DNA from: Macrostomum lignano
Taxonomy: Eukaryota
Reading direction: 5' to 3'
NCBI GenBank assembly: GCA_002269645.1
Contig: NIVC01000481.1
Location: 372,001 to 436,000, forward strand
DNA length: 64,000 nucleotides
Shown: positions 37,401 to 48,954 of the stretch, in pieces
Layout of the letters: the number at the start of each line of letters is the position of its first letter
How positions within the stretch are numbered: position 1 is the first letter of the stretch
The notes under the pieces: model-generated
What the model saw: only the letters and a program-made list of their open reading frames with translations
The model's database searches: none
Told to the model about the DNA's origin: nothing
Translations under genes and position numbers: made by a program

Positions 37401-40400
37401 GAGGCGGATGTCAGTTGATTACTAGGAGGCGGATGTCAGCTGATTACTAGGGGGCGGATGTCAGCTGATTACTAGGAGGCGGATGTCAGCTGATTACTAG
37501 GGGGCGGATGTCAGCTGATTACTAGGAGGCGGATGTCAGCTGATTACTAGGAGGCGGATGTCAGCTGATTACTAGGGGGCGGATGTCAGCTGATTACTAG
37601 GGAGCGGACGTCAGCTGATTACTAGGGAGCGGACGTAGGCTACTGATTTCTACAGTTTTTAGCATCAGTCTAAAAGCAGAAGTCTCACATAGTGAAAGTT
37701 GATAACATTACTCGGCAGAATCCTACTAATCACTAGGCAAGACCTGTAGCCATTAACAATTTCAGCAAAAGCTCGCATAAACGCCGCCCGGATCTGTTTG
37801 TCCAGCCAGAAATCGTCACCGCCGCCGCCGTAAGCTGAGACGCAGGAGCGCAGAGTTCCGCCAGTTGGTTTCTTAAACGCCCGATCAGCTGTTGCTAGGC
37901 CGGGATTCAACACGTCGGTGATATCCGCCAGCAGATTCTGCAGCACTTGATCTGACAGAGGCGTCACTATAGAACTCTGGCCGCCGCCGCAGCCTGACCA
38001 GTTTTCGGCTACGCAACCCAGATCGAGGTCGGCCGTGATTAAATCGAACATTGATTCTGTGCAATCTTCGATTTGACGCTTAAATGAACTGTGCACGCCG
38101 TATAGATAGGGCACAGTGGCGCACACGTATTCTAATAGCGGCTTCGGCATTATAGGCACCAGAGTGTACTCGCTGCGTGTTGGGACAGGGTGAAGAAGAA
38201 TTCAATCTCGCATTTTTTACTACTGTAAGTAGAAATGCTGAACTATTTTTTGCTAAACACTTCAAGTGCGTTCTACTTCTCCTAAGGACCACTAACGATA
38301 GTTCTGTGACTCAATGACCACTGTAACACCCTAATGACCACTTTAACACCCTAATAACCACTGTAACACCCTAATAACCACTGTAAAACCTCAATAACCA
38401 CTGTAACACCCTAATTGCCATTTTAACACCCTAATGACCACTGTAACACCCCAATGACCATTGTAACACCCCAATGACCCCTGTAACACCCTAATGACCA
38501 TTTTAATACCTTAATGACTACTGTAACACCCTAATGACCATTTTAACGCCCTAATGACTATTGTAACACCCTAATGACCACTGTAAACACTTTAATGACC
38601 AAAATTGACACCCCAATGACCACTGTAAAGCTCCAGTGACTATATAGACAATCTAATAACAAGTTCTATGCACTCTACTTACTACTTAAAGGGATACAGT
38701 AGCGCTTTCAGCGCCCGACAAGCATCCGTTAGCTGTGTGAAACTAGCCGAGAACAGCACAACTTTACAACCGGTTAACAGGGCAGTGACCAGTTTCACAC
38801 TATTGTGAATGCCCAATTGACGAAATAGTCGAACGACAACGCTGCCAGTGGCTGGCACCGAGCAACAGTCGCTAGGCAAAGATTGCAGGATTTGACAATC
38901 GAATCCTGGCAACAGAGAAAAGACTGTGTAACTATTATTGGTTGGCAGGAATACGCTAGACAGAAGGCGAGCAATCATCTCTTCTAAGTGGTCCCGACGC
39001 CCTGCAGCGTGGGCGGCATAGAGTACAACCAAGCAGTCGTGCAGAGTCTCGGGTAGGTCCAGGCGCGACTGTAGTACTAAAGTTTTAGGGGCGTAGACAG
39101 CGACCTGATGCTGCAGCTGCGATTCGCCAGTCTGGGCTGCTGGAGATGGAGCCAGGTGTCAGGTGTGCGAGAGACTTTATTAATCATCGTCTAAGTTACT
39201 TCTTGCGTTGGAAGAATCAGCGAGGAGTTGAAAATCAAGAGAAAAAGGGACAGATATCAAGAAAGAGGAACCATAAATCAAGAGAGGGGAAACCAGAAAT
39301 CAAAAGGAGGGAGCAGAAATCAAGAAAGGGGAAACCAGAAATCAAAAGGAGGGAGCAGAAATCAAAAAAGGGGAAACCAGAAATCAAAAGGAGGGAGCAG
39401 AAATCAAGAAAGGGGAAACCAGAAATCAAAAGGAGGGAGCAGAAATCAAAAAAGAGGGGCCAGAAATCAAGAGGGACCAGAAATTAAGAGGGACCAGAAA
39501 TCAAGAGAAACCAGAAATCGAGAGAGACCAGAAATCGAGAGAGACCAGAAATAGGAGGGACCAGAAATCAAAGGAAAGAAGGACCAGAAATCAAAAGAGG
39601 GGCCAGAAATCAAGAAAGGGGTAACCGAAAAAAGAGGCAGGGACCAGATACAGGGACCAGAAATCGAGAGAGACCAGAAATAAGAGGGACCAGAAATCAA
39701 GAGAGACCAGAAATCAAGAGGGACCAGAAATCAAGAGGGACCAGAAATCAAGAGGGACCAGAAATCAAGAGGGACCAGAAATCAAGAGAGACCAGAAATT
39801 AAGAGAGACCAGAAATTAAGAGGGACCAGAAATCAAGAGGGACCAGAAATCAAGAGGGACCAGAAATCAAGAGGGACCAGAAATCAAGAGGGACCAGAAA
39901 TCAAGAGGGACCAGAAATAAGAGGGACCAGAAATCGAGAGAGACCAGATATAAGAGGGACCAGAAATCAAGAGGGACCAGAAATCAAGAGGGACCAGAAA
40001 TAAGAGGGACCAGAAATCGAGAGAGACCAGATATAAGAGAGACCAGAAATCAAGAGGGACCAGAAATCAAGAGGGACCAGAAATCAAGAGAAACCAGAAA
40101 TCGAGAGAGACCAGAAATAAGAGAGACCAGAAATCAAGAGGGACCAGAAATCAAGAGGGACCAGAAATCAAGAGGGACCAGAAATAAGAGGGACCAGAAA
40201 TCAAGAGGGACCAGAAATCAAGAGGGACCAGAAATCAAGAGAGACCAGAAATCAAGAGGGACCAGAAATCAAGAGAGACCAGAAATCAAGAGGGACCAGA
40301 AATCAAGAGGGACCAGAAATCAAGAGAGACCAGAAATCAAGAGGGACCAGAAATCAAGAGAAACCAGAAATCGAGAGAGACCAGAAATCGAGAGAGACGA

Positions 40401-43400
40401 GAAATCAAAGGAAAGAAGAACCAGAAATCAAAAAAGATGGGCCAGAAATCAAGAAAAAGGTAACCGAAAAAAGAGGCAGGGACCAGATAGAAGGACCAGA
40501 AATCAAGAAAAAGGTAACCGAAAAAAGAGGCAGGGACCAGATAGAAGGACCAGAAATCAAGAAAGAGGAACCAGAAATCAAGTGAAACAGACAAGACAAA
40601 AGCAAGACAAATGATTACCTCCAGCAGCAGCTAGAGCAGCGGCAACAAAGACTGTCTCGGTGTCAGCATCGCTATCAACCAGGGACAGGGAGGAGGGCAC
40701 CGGTTGGATATTGCTAGCACTGACAGCGTCTTCGTCCACCCCGCTCCCAGCGCCGCCGCCGGAGCTGATATTGAACAGCTGCCTTCTCTGCTGCATGGAA
40801 AGCGGCTCGTGTACGCTAAGCATGGCTGAATAGCACTGCTGGCCGCTCTCAGCGGTGAATGTCTGCACAAAATAAGTGGCATCCTGCGGCAGGCGACTCA
40901 AACGCCAACCGCAGGGCTGGCAGAACACTTCTTGATTGGCTACAAACTCTACATCGGCCCGATCCTGCTTAGGAAATCGTTGGATGAGTTGACCAGAACA
41001 GGCCTGCTCGGCTCGACCTTGCCAGAGGAATGGGGAAGGGTGAAGTAGATGAAGAAAATCTATGCAATATCCAGTCATCCAAAAAGCATTTCACTTTTCA
41101 TTTTTGAAATTTCAGTAGCTATCTGATAAAAACATTTGTGGTTTTTTTGTTAGACTAATTATTACATTAAAACAATACTTTTCTGCTGTGAAAATAAACG
41201 CAAAAATATTCAAAATTTGTGCTTATTTACTTCATAAACATAAACTTGGCAGTTCAACTCATCCTGCCAATGGGGCTGGGGGTGTTGCCACATCTAGCTG
41301 TTAAGGCTGCTAGGGAGAATTGCTGAGATGTCAAGGCTTACGGGGGGATAGCTGAGATGTCAAGGCTTACGGGGGGATAGCTGAGATGTCAAGGCTTACG
41401 GGGGGATAGCTGAGATGTCAAGGCTTATGGGGGGATAGCTGAGATGTCAAGGCTTATGGAGGGGGGATAGCTGAGATGTCAAGGCTTACGGGGGGATAGC
41501 TGAGATCTCAAGGCTTACGGGGGGATAGCTGAGATGTCAAGGCTTACGGGGGGATAGCTGAGATGTCAAGGCTTATGGGGGTATAGCTGAGATGTCAAGG
41601 GTTATGGGGGAAGGGAATTGCTGAGATGTCAAGGCTTACAGGGGAATTGCTGAGATGTCAAGGTTTACGGGGGGAATTGCTGAGATGTCAAGGCTTACAG
41701 GGGAATTGCTAAGATATCAAAGCAGATATATCAAGGCTTATGGGGGTAATTGCTGAGATATCAAAGCAGATTTATCAAGGCTTATGGAGGGAATTGCTGA
41801 GATATCAAAGCAGAGATATAAAGGCTTACAGGGGGAATTGCTGAGATGTCAAGGCTTATTTGGGGAATAGCTGAGATGTGAAGGCTTACATAGGGAATTG
41901 CTGAAATGTCAAGACTTATGGGAGAATGGCTGAGATGTCAAGACTTATGGGAGAATTGCTAGGATGTCAAAGCTGAAGTCAGAAGCTACATGCAGTTTAT
42001 TCAGAAATTTTTATATTCCATTCCTTGTTGGCTCCCCAATGGGGGGTGCTAATTGCTAGTCTAGCCTATAGTCAAAACATTTTCCCTTACAATTATTACT
42101 CATAATGTGAAGAGGATTTGAAAAGATAATCATTGGCAGTTTTTTTTCTCCAAAAAATGGTTGATTTCATAGATCTAGCTGAGTGGCCTGTAACTTATTG
42201 GCACACTATTACAGATGGGAATAACACTATTTTTAGAAAATAACTAGCAATCTACGCCCCCCGTTGGGGAGCCAAAGAAATGCAATACACGTTTTTTTAA
42301 TAAGCTACATGTATCCTTGAAATCTTAAAAAATCTCCTGTCAAACCTTGTAAGCCTTGACATGTCAGTTATCCCCCCCACAAGCTTTAACATATCAACTT
42401 CCCCCCTTGACATCTCAGCAATGCCCCCAATAAGCCTTGGAAATCTAAAAATATCTGTCAACCTTCTAACCCTAACCCTAGCCTAACCCTAACCCTAACC
42501 CTAACCCTAGCCCTAACCCTAACCCTAACCTAACCCTAAAGCATTGAAATTTCAGTAATTCTCTCTAAGAGTCATTATAGCACTACTACAGCATTATAGC
42601 GATTCCCTGCAAGCCTCGACATCGTAGGGATTCCCAAATGAATCTCTTAAATTCGACATGAAGCTTCTTTTATTTTTTACATTACGCTTTTTTTTTCAGC
42701 GATCCCTCCCCTGAGGAGGCATCAAATAATGTAATAAAAAGTTTTCAATAAACTACATGTAGCTTCTGACTTTAGCCTTGAAATCTTATTTATACCCCCG
42801 TGAGCCTTGACATGTCAGCTATTCCCCCCGTAAGCCTTGACATGTCAGCAATGGCCCCCATAAACATTGAAATCTAAAAAATCCCCTGTTAACCTTGAAA
42901 CCCGATAAAATATAACCCTCAACCCACACCTGACCTAAACCTAACTTTAACCCAACATAAAGCCTTGAAATCTCAGCAATTCTTCTCCCCTAAGCCTTGA
43001 CATTTTAGTGATTCCTTCTTTAAGAATCACAGCACTATAACGATTTCCACCAAGCTTTGACATCGTAGCAATTCCCAAATGAATCTTTTAACTTCGACAT
43101 GACTTTTCTTTTATGTATACATAGTGCTACTTTTATTTTTTACATGACTTTTCTTCTATCAGCGCCCCCCCCCCGTGACATGAACTTTGAAGTAGCTTCT
43201 GACTTTTGCTTTGACATCTCAGAAACCCCCCCCCCGTAATCTCAGTTATTCTCTGAGAGCCTTTACGTCTCAGTTTTTCTCCCCAGCACAGCACTATAGT
43301 TGCATTTAATTTTTACATGAACCCTTCATGTCTGACATGACGTTTCTTTTATTCTACCGTGACGCTTCTTAATTTTTTAAATGACACTTTCATTAGTTTT

Positions 43401-46400
43401 TAAATGAGGCTTCTATGATTTTTTCTTGACGCTTCTATGATTTTTACATGACGCTTCTATGATTATTTACATGACGCTTCTATGATTGTTTACATGATGC
43501 TTCTATGATTTTTTACATGACGCTTCTATGATTTTTACACGACGCTTCTATGATTGTTTACATGTCGCTTCTATGATTGTTTACATGACGCTTCTATGAT
43601 TTTTTACATGACGCTTCTATGATTCAATACATGACGCTTCTATGATTGTTTACATGACGCTTCTATGATTTTTTACATGACGCTTCTATGATTGTTTACA
43701 TGACGCTTCTATGATTGTTTACATGACGCTTCTATGATTGTTTACATGACGCTTCTATGATTGTTTACATGACGCTTCTATGATTGTTTACATGACGCTT
43801 CTATGATTGTTTACATGACGCTTCTAAGATTTTTTACATGACGCTTCTACGATTTTTTACATGACGCTTCTATGATTTTTTAATGACGCTTCTATGATTT
43901 TTTAAATGACGCTTCTATGATTGTTTACATGACGCTTCTACGATTTTTATATGACGCTTCTATGATTTTTTAAATGACGCTTCTATGATTGTTTACATGA
44001 CGCTTCTACGATTTTTATATGACGCTTCTATGATTTTTTAAATGACGCTTCTATGATTGTTTACATGACGCTTCTATGATTGTTTACATGACGCTTCTAA
44101 GATTTTTTACATGACGCTTCTACGATTTTTTACATGACGCTTCTATGATTTTTTAATGACGCTTCTATGATTTTACATGACGCAATTCTTTTTAAAAAGT
44201 CTTTTAGTTTTCCTGACGTTGAAAAGCTTTAATTAAAAAAATTATACTCTATGAAAATTCGAACCATCGTCGCTGCATTTGGCAGTTCAGTTTGTTCACC
44301 TCTAGGCTAGCTCTCATCGTTTTGATAACATGAAATTTTGCACTTAAATAATTCAACACTTTAAAATCCAAGCATAGAGTAAATCACACGAAGCAGTTAT
44401 GACATAATCAGTTTCTCAGTCAGTCAGTATCAGTTAACAATTATGGTTACGCAATTTAAATCAAGTCTGGTGCTACGCTTCCACACTGCATTTTCAATTC
44501 AAGTCAGAGTTACAATTCAGTTATGATGCAATCTATTTCAGAGTCAGAATTCAACCAGTCAGTTTTTTCTCTAGCATTCTTACAATGCATTTCAAGTCAA
44601 AAAGTTTGCTTGACCTTTGCAAAAAAGCATGTTTTTCGAATATTTAATGCCTTTAGCATCAAGCAATTTCTTAGCCACGATGCATGTACCGTCACGGGAA
44701 AATTTCTGATCGAACAGTGCTAGTTCGAACAAAATCGGTCCAGCCATTTTTTCTCTAATCTATCACATATATATATATATATAGACATCACATTTTTAGT
44801 ATATAGGATATATAATACTTTCTTGTTCAAACTTATTATTGCTTGTAATAAAGTACAATAACATTCTGGATCCATTTGAGGTATAGAGCTCAGCATGACA
44901 CAAAATTTGAAAATTGGGAAAGTATATTTAAGAGCAAATGTATTATGCTAGGTTGGAAATTGACCAATACTATTTCAAATTTTTATGTTTTAGCCATTGT
45001 TTGACAATTGCATTGGTTAACAAAATGGGATGTCAAAGCTAGTTTTAATACTATATTTTATAAACTTAATTTTTATATCTTTACCATTAAAATAAGCTTT
45101 AATTATGATATAATGACATTAATAAGCTTTGCAATCCCATTGGGAAATAATTGTCCTTCAACTGTGTCAAATGGCACATTAAAACAAAAAATGTAAAATA
45201 GGCCTCAATTTTACTTTGAAGTTTCTTAGAAAGTTGCATTTCAAAATACTACAATGTTGTTATATTATGTGAATATTATGAATATTTCCTACATTTGATA
45301 TATTTTGTATATTAGGTATATTGCCATTTGTTTAAAAAAAAGCAGGAAAATTTTCACTATAAAAGGAATCTAGTTGAAGGCCAAGAAAAATAAACCCTCT
45401 TTCTTTTGTTCCACTCATTTGTTTGCTTAGCATTGTATCATTTGCTCCAGTTATTTTATTTGGAGACTAAATCATTCAGGCTCAGAATTTGTTCTTATAT
45501 ATTATCTATTTTTGAGATAGCAACTTAAAAACCATCCCAGAATTGGGAGAATTGACTTTGTTCTTAGAGAACAAGATTTCTAGACTTTAAGTCTGAGAAA
45601 CCACCTTAGAAGGCAAAATACCTACCAAAGTGTAAGAATATCTAGACCAGGATCTGAGAATCTGCCCCAGGGCAATAAACCTACTAGAGTGTAAGCTATG
45701 ACCTTCTGATCCCAGGAGTGCCTAGGACTCAGAGAATAAAACCATTTAGAGGAGCAAAATAGGAGTATAAAATAGGGTAGACTGAGCCATAGGACTGCAT
45801 AGACCAGTAGATAAGTACATATGCTACCAGTAGATAAATACATATGTTACTAGTAGACTAATACATATGCTACCACTAGATAACTACTTATGCTACCAGA
45901 AGTACATTTATAAAAGTACAGGCATTATAGGAATTATTATACCAGCTTAGTGACAGTTGTGGAATGGTTCTAAAAGGCAAAAATAAGCTCTAGCATAACT
46001 TGATAGCAGCTTTTAGGATATTTATAGAGTAAGAAGAAGCAAATATACCACAAAAGTTATTAGTTTTTGCTTAGGCTTTTTCATAGGTAAGTTGCACTTT
46101 TGGTCAAAATATAGGTCAAAAAATGTTAAATTAGAGAGATTGTATATGTATGGTTATGGTTGTAGCCAAATTGTATCATTTGTTATATTTAGTATAGAAA
46201 TATGCTTATTAGCATAATTGTTTCATAACTATGCCAGCTATACTAAAAAGACATTTGAAGATATTCATAAATATACCAACTGACATAGATTGGCATAGTT
46301 GGTACAATCTCAGATTTTGCTTTTGCTAAGAATTATTTCCTACCCAGATAGATTGTATGCACTAAATTATTGATTAACTAATCAGAAACAACTATTATTT

Positions 46401-48418
46401 ACCAGCATAGGCCCCAATGACTTTAATGAAATTATATTCAACCTTACCCAAAGTGCATTTGTATTTTTCTATATTGATCACCTTATTGCTAATTGATAAA
46501 TAGAGTTAATCAAACTCTAAAGTGAGCACTTTTCTCATTCTTATAATTCAATTTTATTGCCTTAGTTAATAAACCTAATCTAGGTATTTTACCTATAATT
46601 CTTATAGGAAACAAACTTTAATATGCTAAATTATGTTTACTACAAAAGATAAAAGGAATTAAATATATTGGTTGTAGGCCTAACAAAAAAGGCAAAAAAT
46701 TAGTGTTCCGCCGTAATTATGGCTACAGCTATGGCAAATTACGGCTACGACACTTTTGAAGCCGTATTTTCATTACGGATTACGGTTACGGACATATTTT
46801 GAGCTTACGGTTACGGTTACGAATTACAGAGATTTTTCTAGACTTGCCATAATAGGTAGCCGTAATAAAAATTATTTATTTTTAACTGTTTAGTGTTATA
46901 AAAGAAAATTTTTTTATATCAACTTCAACCAGTTTTCATTTTGTTTTACTAGTTATTATTATTTTTTACATTTGTTAAGTTTCTAAATATCTACGAAACT
47001 TTTTGAAAATGAAAAATGAATTTTTTCACGAATTTTCTCATTAGGCATACAGCATAGCATAGCATAGCGATAGCATGATAGCAGCGAGACAGAGAGAGCC
47101 AGTCAAAGCCTACAAGAGACTAAGAATCTGGCATTCTTATTTCTTAGCCATATGTAGCATTTAGCTCCTTAGCATAAAAATAGGATATTAGATTTAGATT
47201 ATGAGGATAAGGATGAAAGAATATTAATAAGGAAATACTAAATAAATACTAATAGGATATGAATATGAATTATGATTGAAAATTGATTGAAACCAAAGAA
47301 GACAATACAATAGACAATGCAATAAAATGAAAAAGAAAAATGTAACATGCAATTTCTTAGTCATCGGAAATTTTGAAGCAGTTTTATTTTAACAAATTCA
47401 TATATTTATTTAATGATATTAAACATACACATTGACCTTGGCACGTCAGTCATAGATTCATATTGTAGCGAAACAAACAGAATCACGACACAGAAAACTG
47501 AAAAAAGGCACCAAGCACACAATTGCATACAACAATGCTAAAGAATACTTAGATAAAGATATTATATTTACAAAAAAATAAATGAATATTAATGCATGAA
47601 CGAACAACAAGTAGGTTTTATTGCTATCCTTTTATCCTTTTTATCTGTCCTTTTCTGTCTGCCCCACTTTACATGCAAAAATATCAATTTTTGTTATACA
47701 TTACGGCTACGGTTACCGCAAATTACAGTTACGGACTTTTTATAGCCTGTAATGATGGAAAAATTCGGCTACGGAAGTTGCTTCTTTCTTATGGCTACGG
47801 TTACAGTTACGGAGGTCAAAACTCGCGGCGGCGGAACACTACAAAAAATGTTTTTCTATGGTTTCCCAATGCATTTTGTATCTTAGATTGACTTTTTAGG
47901 CATTGCTACAAAGGTTTTGACCATGTTGGCTATAATAGATTTATTTTTATTAAAAGATAAAGAATTGAAACAGCTAAAAAAATATTGCGCCTAGTGGGCA
48001 TAAAAATTAATTGATAAAAAAAATATTGTCAAAAATATAAAATGGTCATTACAGTGCCTAATAAGCCCTGAGAAAAATGTATTACAATAATAAAATAAAA
48101 TTATAGACAAAAGGTTTCTTTCTACTTAAAGTTAGACAAAAATAGGATTTAGCAAATAAAATAAATAGAAAAATTTTGTTTTTTGATCTTGAAACATAAA
48201 ATATTTCATTTTTTCAGTTTTAAAAAATTCCTAGCACTTTGTCTTAGATGTCCTGTTAGACTTTCTAACATATATGATACATAAGCTTGAATTTAAAACA
48301 AAATTTTAATCGATTTTTAATTTATTTATTATATAACTTATAAGCATTGCCCCAACTTACGAGAAGCAGCATCAAAATTGTAGCCATAAATGGCAATGTA
48401 GTCCACAAGTCTGGACAT
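15948..48418 (-). CDS. Sbf: SET-binding factor / myotubularin-related pseudophosphatase (SBF1/SBF2, MTMR5/13 type): uDENN-DENN-dDENN, SBF2, GRAM, myotubularin, PH; 19 exons, ~2633 aa
   Basis: Exons in minus-strand order: 48418-48361, 41017-40619, 39139-38683, 38172-37689, 36569-35995, 35084-34568, 33984-33509, 33092-32505, 32144-31913, 31237-30975, 30247-30034, 29454-28981, 27722-27185, 26179-25919, 22174-21896, 20177-20047, 19453-19035, 17818-17414, 17079-15948. Total 7902 nt, all phases consistent. Family motifs: [23 protein letters not shown]...[86 protein letters not shown], and the terminal PH domain [18 protein letters not shown]. The acceptors at 41017, 33984 and 22174 have alternatives. 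Confidence 0.93.
17117..17375. repeat. 28 bp tandem array TGGCGTGATTCTATTGGCTG + 8 variable nt, with 3-unit higher-order repeat
   Basis: Variable parts run ttaggaga, tgcggtgc, tacggggg, ttaggagc, tgcggtgc, tacgggtg. It lies in the last Sbf intron. Confidence 0.9.
17960..18950. repeat. Minisatellite, 21 bp unit TTCTAGCAACCGGAAGGGCTA / ...CCGGAAGTGCCA
   Basis: About 45 copies in an Sbf intron; source of the ALPVARI pseudo-ORF. Confidence 0.96.
19540..19965. repeat. Degenerate GATTAGAGA-based low-complexity repeat
   Basis: Recurrent gattaga/gggatt motifs in the Sbf intron. Confidence 0.7.
20300..21430. repeat. Minisatellite, ~23 bp unit CCCAAATCTCACTGTCAATCTGA
   Basis: About 45 variable copies in an Sbf intron. 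Confidence 0.93.
22400..22688. repeat. GGCGCC minisatellite (ATATGACTAATCTGGCGCCCTATAGACTATATTGGCGCCA), left part
   Basis: About 40-bp units with two GGCGCC each. The array resumes at 25359 after an insertion. Confidence 0.92.
22689..25358 (-). mobile_element. Non-autonomous Helitron-type element (~2.67 kb) inserted at an A|T site
   Basis: The minus-strand 5' end is A|TCTCTACATATAAAAATC followed by (TCTG)n. The 3' end has a GC-rich imperfect hairpin CCCGGGTTCAAAATCCGCGGG and then CTTG|T (CTRR-like). There is no TSD. Joining the flanks restores the satellite unit CTATAGACTATA-TTTGCGCCAAT. Confidence 0.85.
22940..24120. repeat. CT-rich polypyrimidine tract including perfect (CT)n at ~23364-23443
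   Basis: About 1.2 kb almost purely C/T on the + strand; source of the SL-rich and RE-rich pseudo-ORFs. It lies inside the Helitron. Confidence 0.95.
25359..25680. repeat. GGCGCC minisatellite, right part (continuation of 22400-22688)
   Basis: Same ATATGACTAATCTGGCGCCCTATAGACTAT unit. Confidence 0.9.
26448..27115. repeat. Minisatellite, 23 bp unit GGACCAATTAGAGGACTAATAAA
   Basis: About 28 copies, decaying to the right; Sbf intron. Confidence 0.95.
27747..28933. repeat. Compound (CTGT)n microsatellite punctuated by CTTAGTGACTTAGTG
   Basis: Fills the Sbf intron 27723-28980; source of the VCLS/DRQT pseudo-ORFs. Confidence 0.97.
29470..29750. repeat. Minisatellite, ~22 bp unit GAATTCAGAGCGATATTTAAGGG
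   Basis: About 11 degenerate copies in an Sbf intron. Confidence 0.85.
30405..30910. repeat. Minisatellite, ~47-49 bp unit TACCGGAAGTGAGGGATTACATGTAGAATCAACCAGCATTAACTAAT
   Basis: About 10 copies in two sub-variants; Sbf intron. Confidence 0.93.
31275..31850. repeat. Minisatellite, 18 bp unit CTGACAGCTGACACTA(A/T)A
   Basis: 6-aa periodic pseudo-ORFs (TADTKL, SAVSIV); Sbf intron. Confidence 0.95.
32215..32400 (+). mobile_element. Helitron 3' remnant fused to a Helitron 5' terminus
   Basis: It carries GCTGAGATGTCAAGGCTTACGGGG units (same as 41310-41960), a hairpin CCCCGAAGGGG, then CTAG (32382-32385). This is followed directly by TCCTATATACTAAAA, identical to the 5' end of the element at 44808. 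Confidence 0.65.
33150..33490. repeat. Degenerate ~35-38 bp minisatellite GCTTGGCCTGGAGTGTACATTGAGGG...
   Basis: About 9 diverged copies in an Sbf intron. Confidence 0.8.
34105..34545. repeat. (ACAG)n microsatellite with CACTAAG interruptions
   Basis: Read directly; Sbf intron 33985-34567. Confidence 0.97.
35180..35890. repeat. Minisatellite, 16-17 bp unit TAATCCATGTCGCTCT(T)
   Basis: About 40 copies with higher-order duplications; Sbf intron. Confidence 0.94.
36579..37635. repeat. Minisatellite, ~25 bp unit GGGGCGGATGTCAGCTGATTACTA(A/G)
   Basis: About 42 copies with variable G-run length; fills nearly the whole intron 36570-37688. Confidence 0.97.
38315..38635. repeat. Minisatellite, 20 bp unit CTAATGACCACTGTAACACC
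   Basis: About 15 copies in an Sbf intron. Confidence 0.92.
39230..40585. repeat. Purine-rich minisatellite, 17 bp unit CCAGAAATCAAGAGGGA, with duplicated flanking blocks
   Basis: About 65 copies. A block containing GGTAACCGAAAAAAGAGGCAGGGACCAGATA occurs at ~39620, ~40460 and ~40515. Confidence 0.96.
41310..42059 (+). mobile_element. Helitron-type element 3' part carrying a 29 bp satellite GCTGAGATGTCAAGGCTTACGGGGGGATA
   Basis: Ends in the hairpin GCTCCCCAATGGGGGGTGC, then AATTG CTAG|T at 42056-42060. The 5' end was not identified. Confidence 0.7.
42466..42538 (-). repeat. Interstitial telomeric-type repeat (TTAGGG)n, ~12 units
   Basis: CTAACCCTAACCCTAGCCTAACCCTAACC... on the + strand, with a few variants. 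Confidence 0.9.
43400..44185. repeat. Minisatellite, 23 bp unit CATGACGCTTCTATGATTGTTTA
   Basis: About 33 copies inside the Helitron; period checked (43681 to 43704). Confidence 0.96.
46701..47841. mobile_element. Non-autonomous hAT-superfamily element (MITE), 1141 bp
   Basis: Perfect 13-bp TIR TAGTGTTCCGCCG (46701-46713) / CGGCGGAACACTA (47829-47841). Perfect 8-bp TSD CAAAAAAT (46693-46700 and 47842-47849). Subterminal TTACGG repeats at both ends. Lies in Sbf intron 1. Confidence 0.92.
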
Positions 48419-48954
48419 GAGATTAACTTTATTCTGAATTACAGAATGTGTAGCCAGTGTAAGGGCTTATTTTCATTTTTTGGAGAATTGTTGACAATTT
48501 AGAATTAAAGTCCTTTTTTAGTAAGTGTAATTATTTTGTCAGGATAAAAATCGAATCTAAAAACTTAAACTAGTAAAGTACAACCACTTATCAATAATAA
48601 GCCTACTAGGCCTATTGGGCTATTACTAATGGTGTAGACTGTAGAGTAGACCTAGGTCTAAGAATTTTATCACACAATACGTCTCAAGTAATGACCATTA
48701 TTATCGCTGTATCTTTAATTAAAATCAATAGTACATCTTAACCCCGAGTATTTAGCAAACAAGAAATGTAGCGCTAAGTTACCAATACTAGTTGATTACG
48801 ATAACGTACCTAGTTAAAAAATCACGAAACTAAGTTGCAAAATTTAAATTAGTGCGATTATGGAGTTCGCAGAAAGCTAAACGCTAACACGAGAAATCCG
48901 CAAATATACCATTTAGGACGTGGTTTGATTCTAGCAAATGCATGCCGTCCATAA

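Larger units (their letters stand above)
42244..44808 (-). mobile_element. Non-autonomous Helitron-type element (~2.56 kb)
   Basis: The minus-strand 5' end is A|TCCTATATACTAAAAATG with (TA)n. The 3' end is the hairpin GCTCCCCAACGGGGGGC plus CTAG|T. It contains reverse copies of the 29-bp satellite, internal ~400-450 bp duplications, telomeric repeats and a 23-bp array. Confidence 0.78.
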
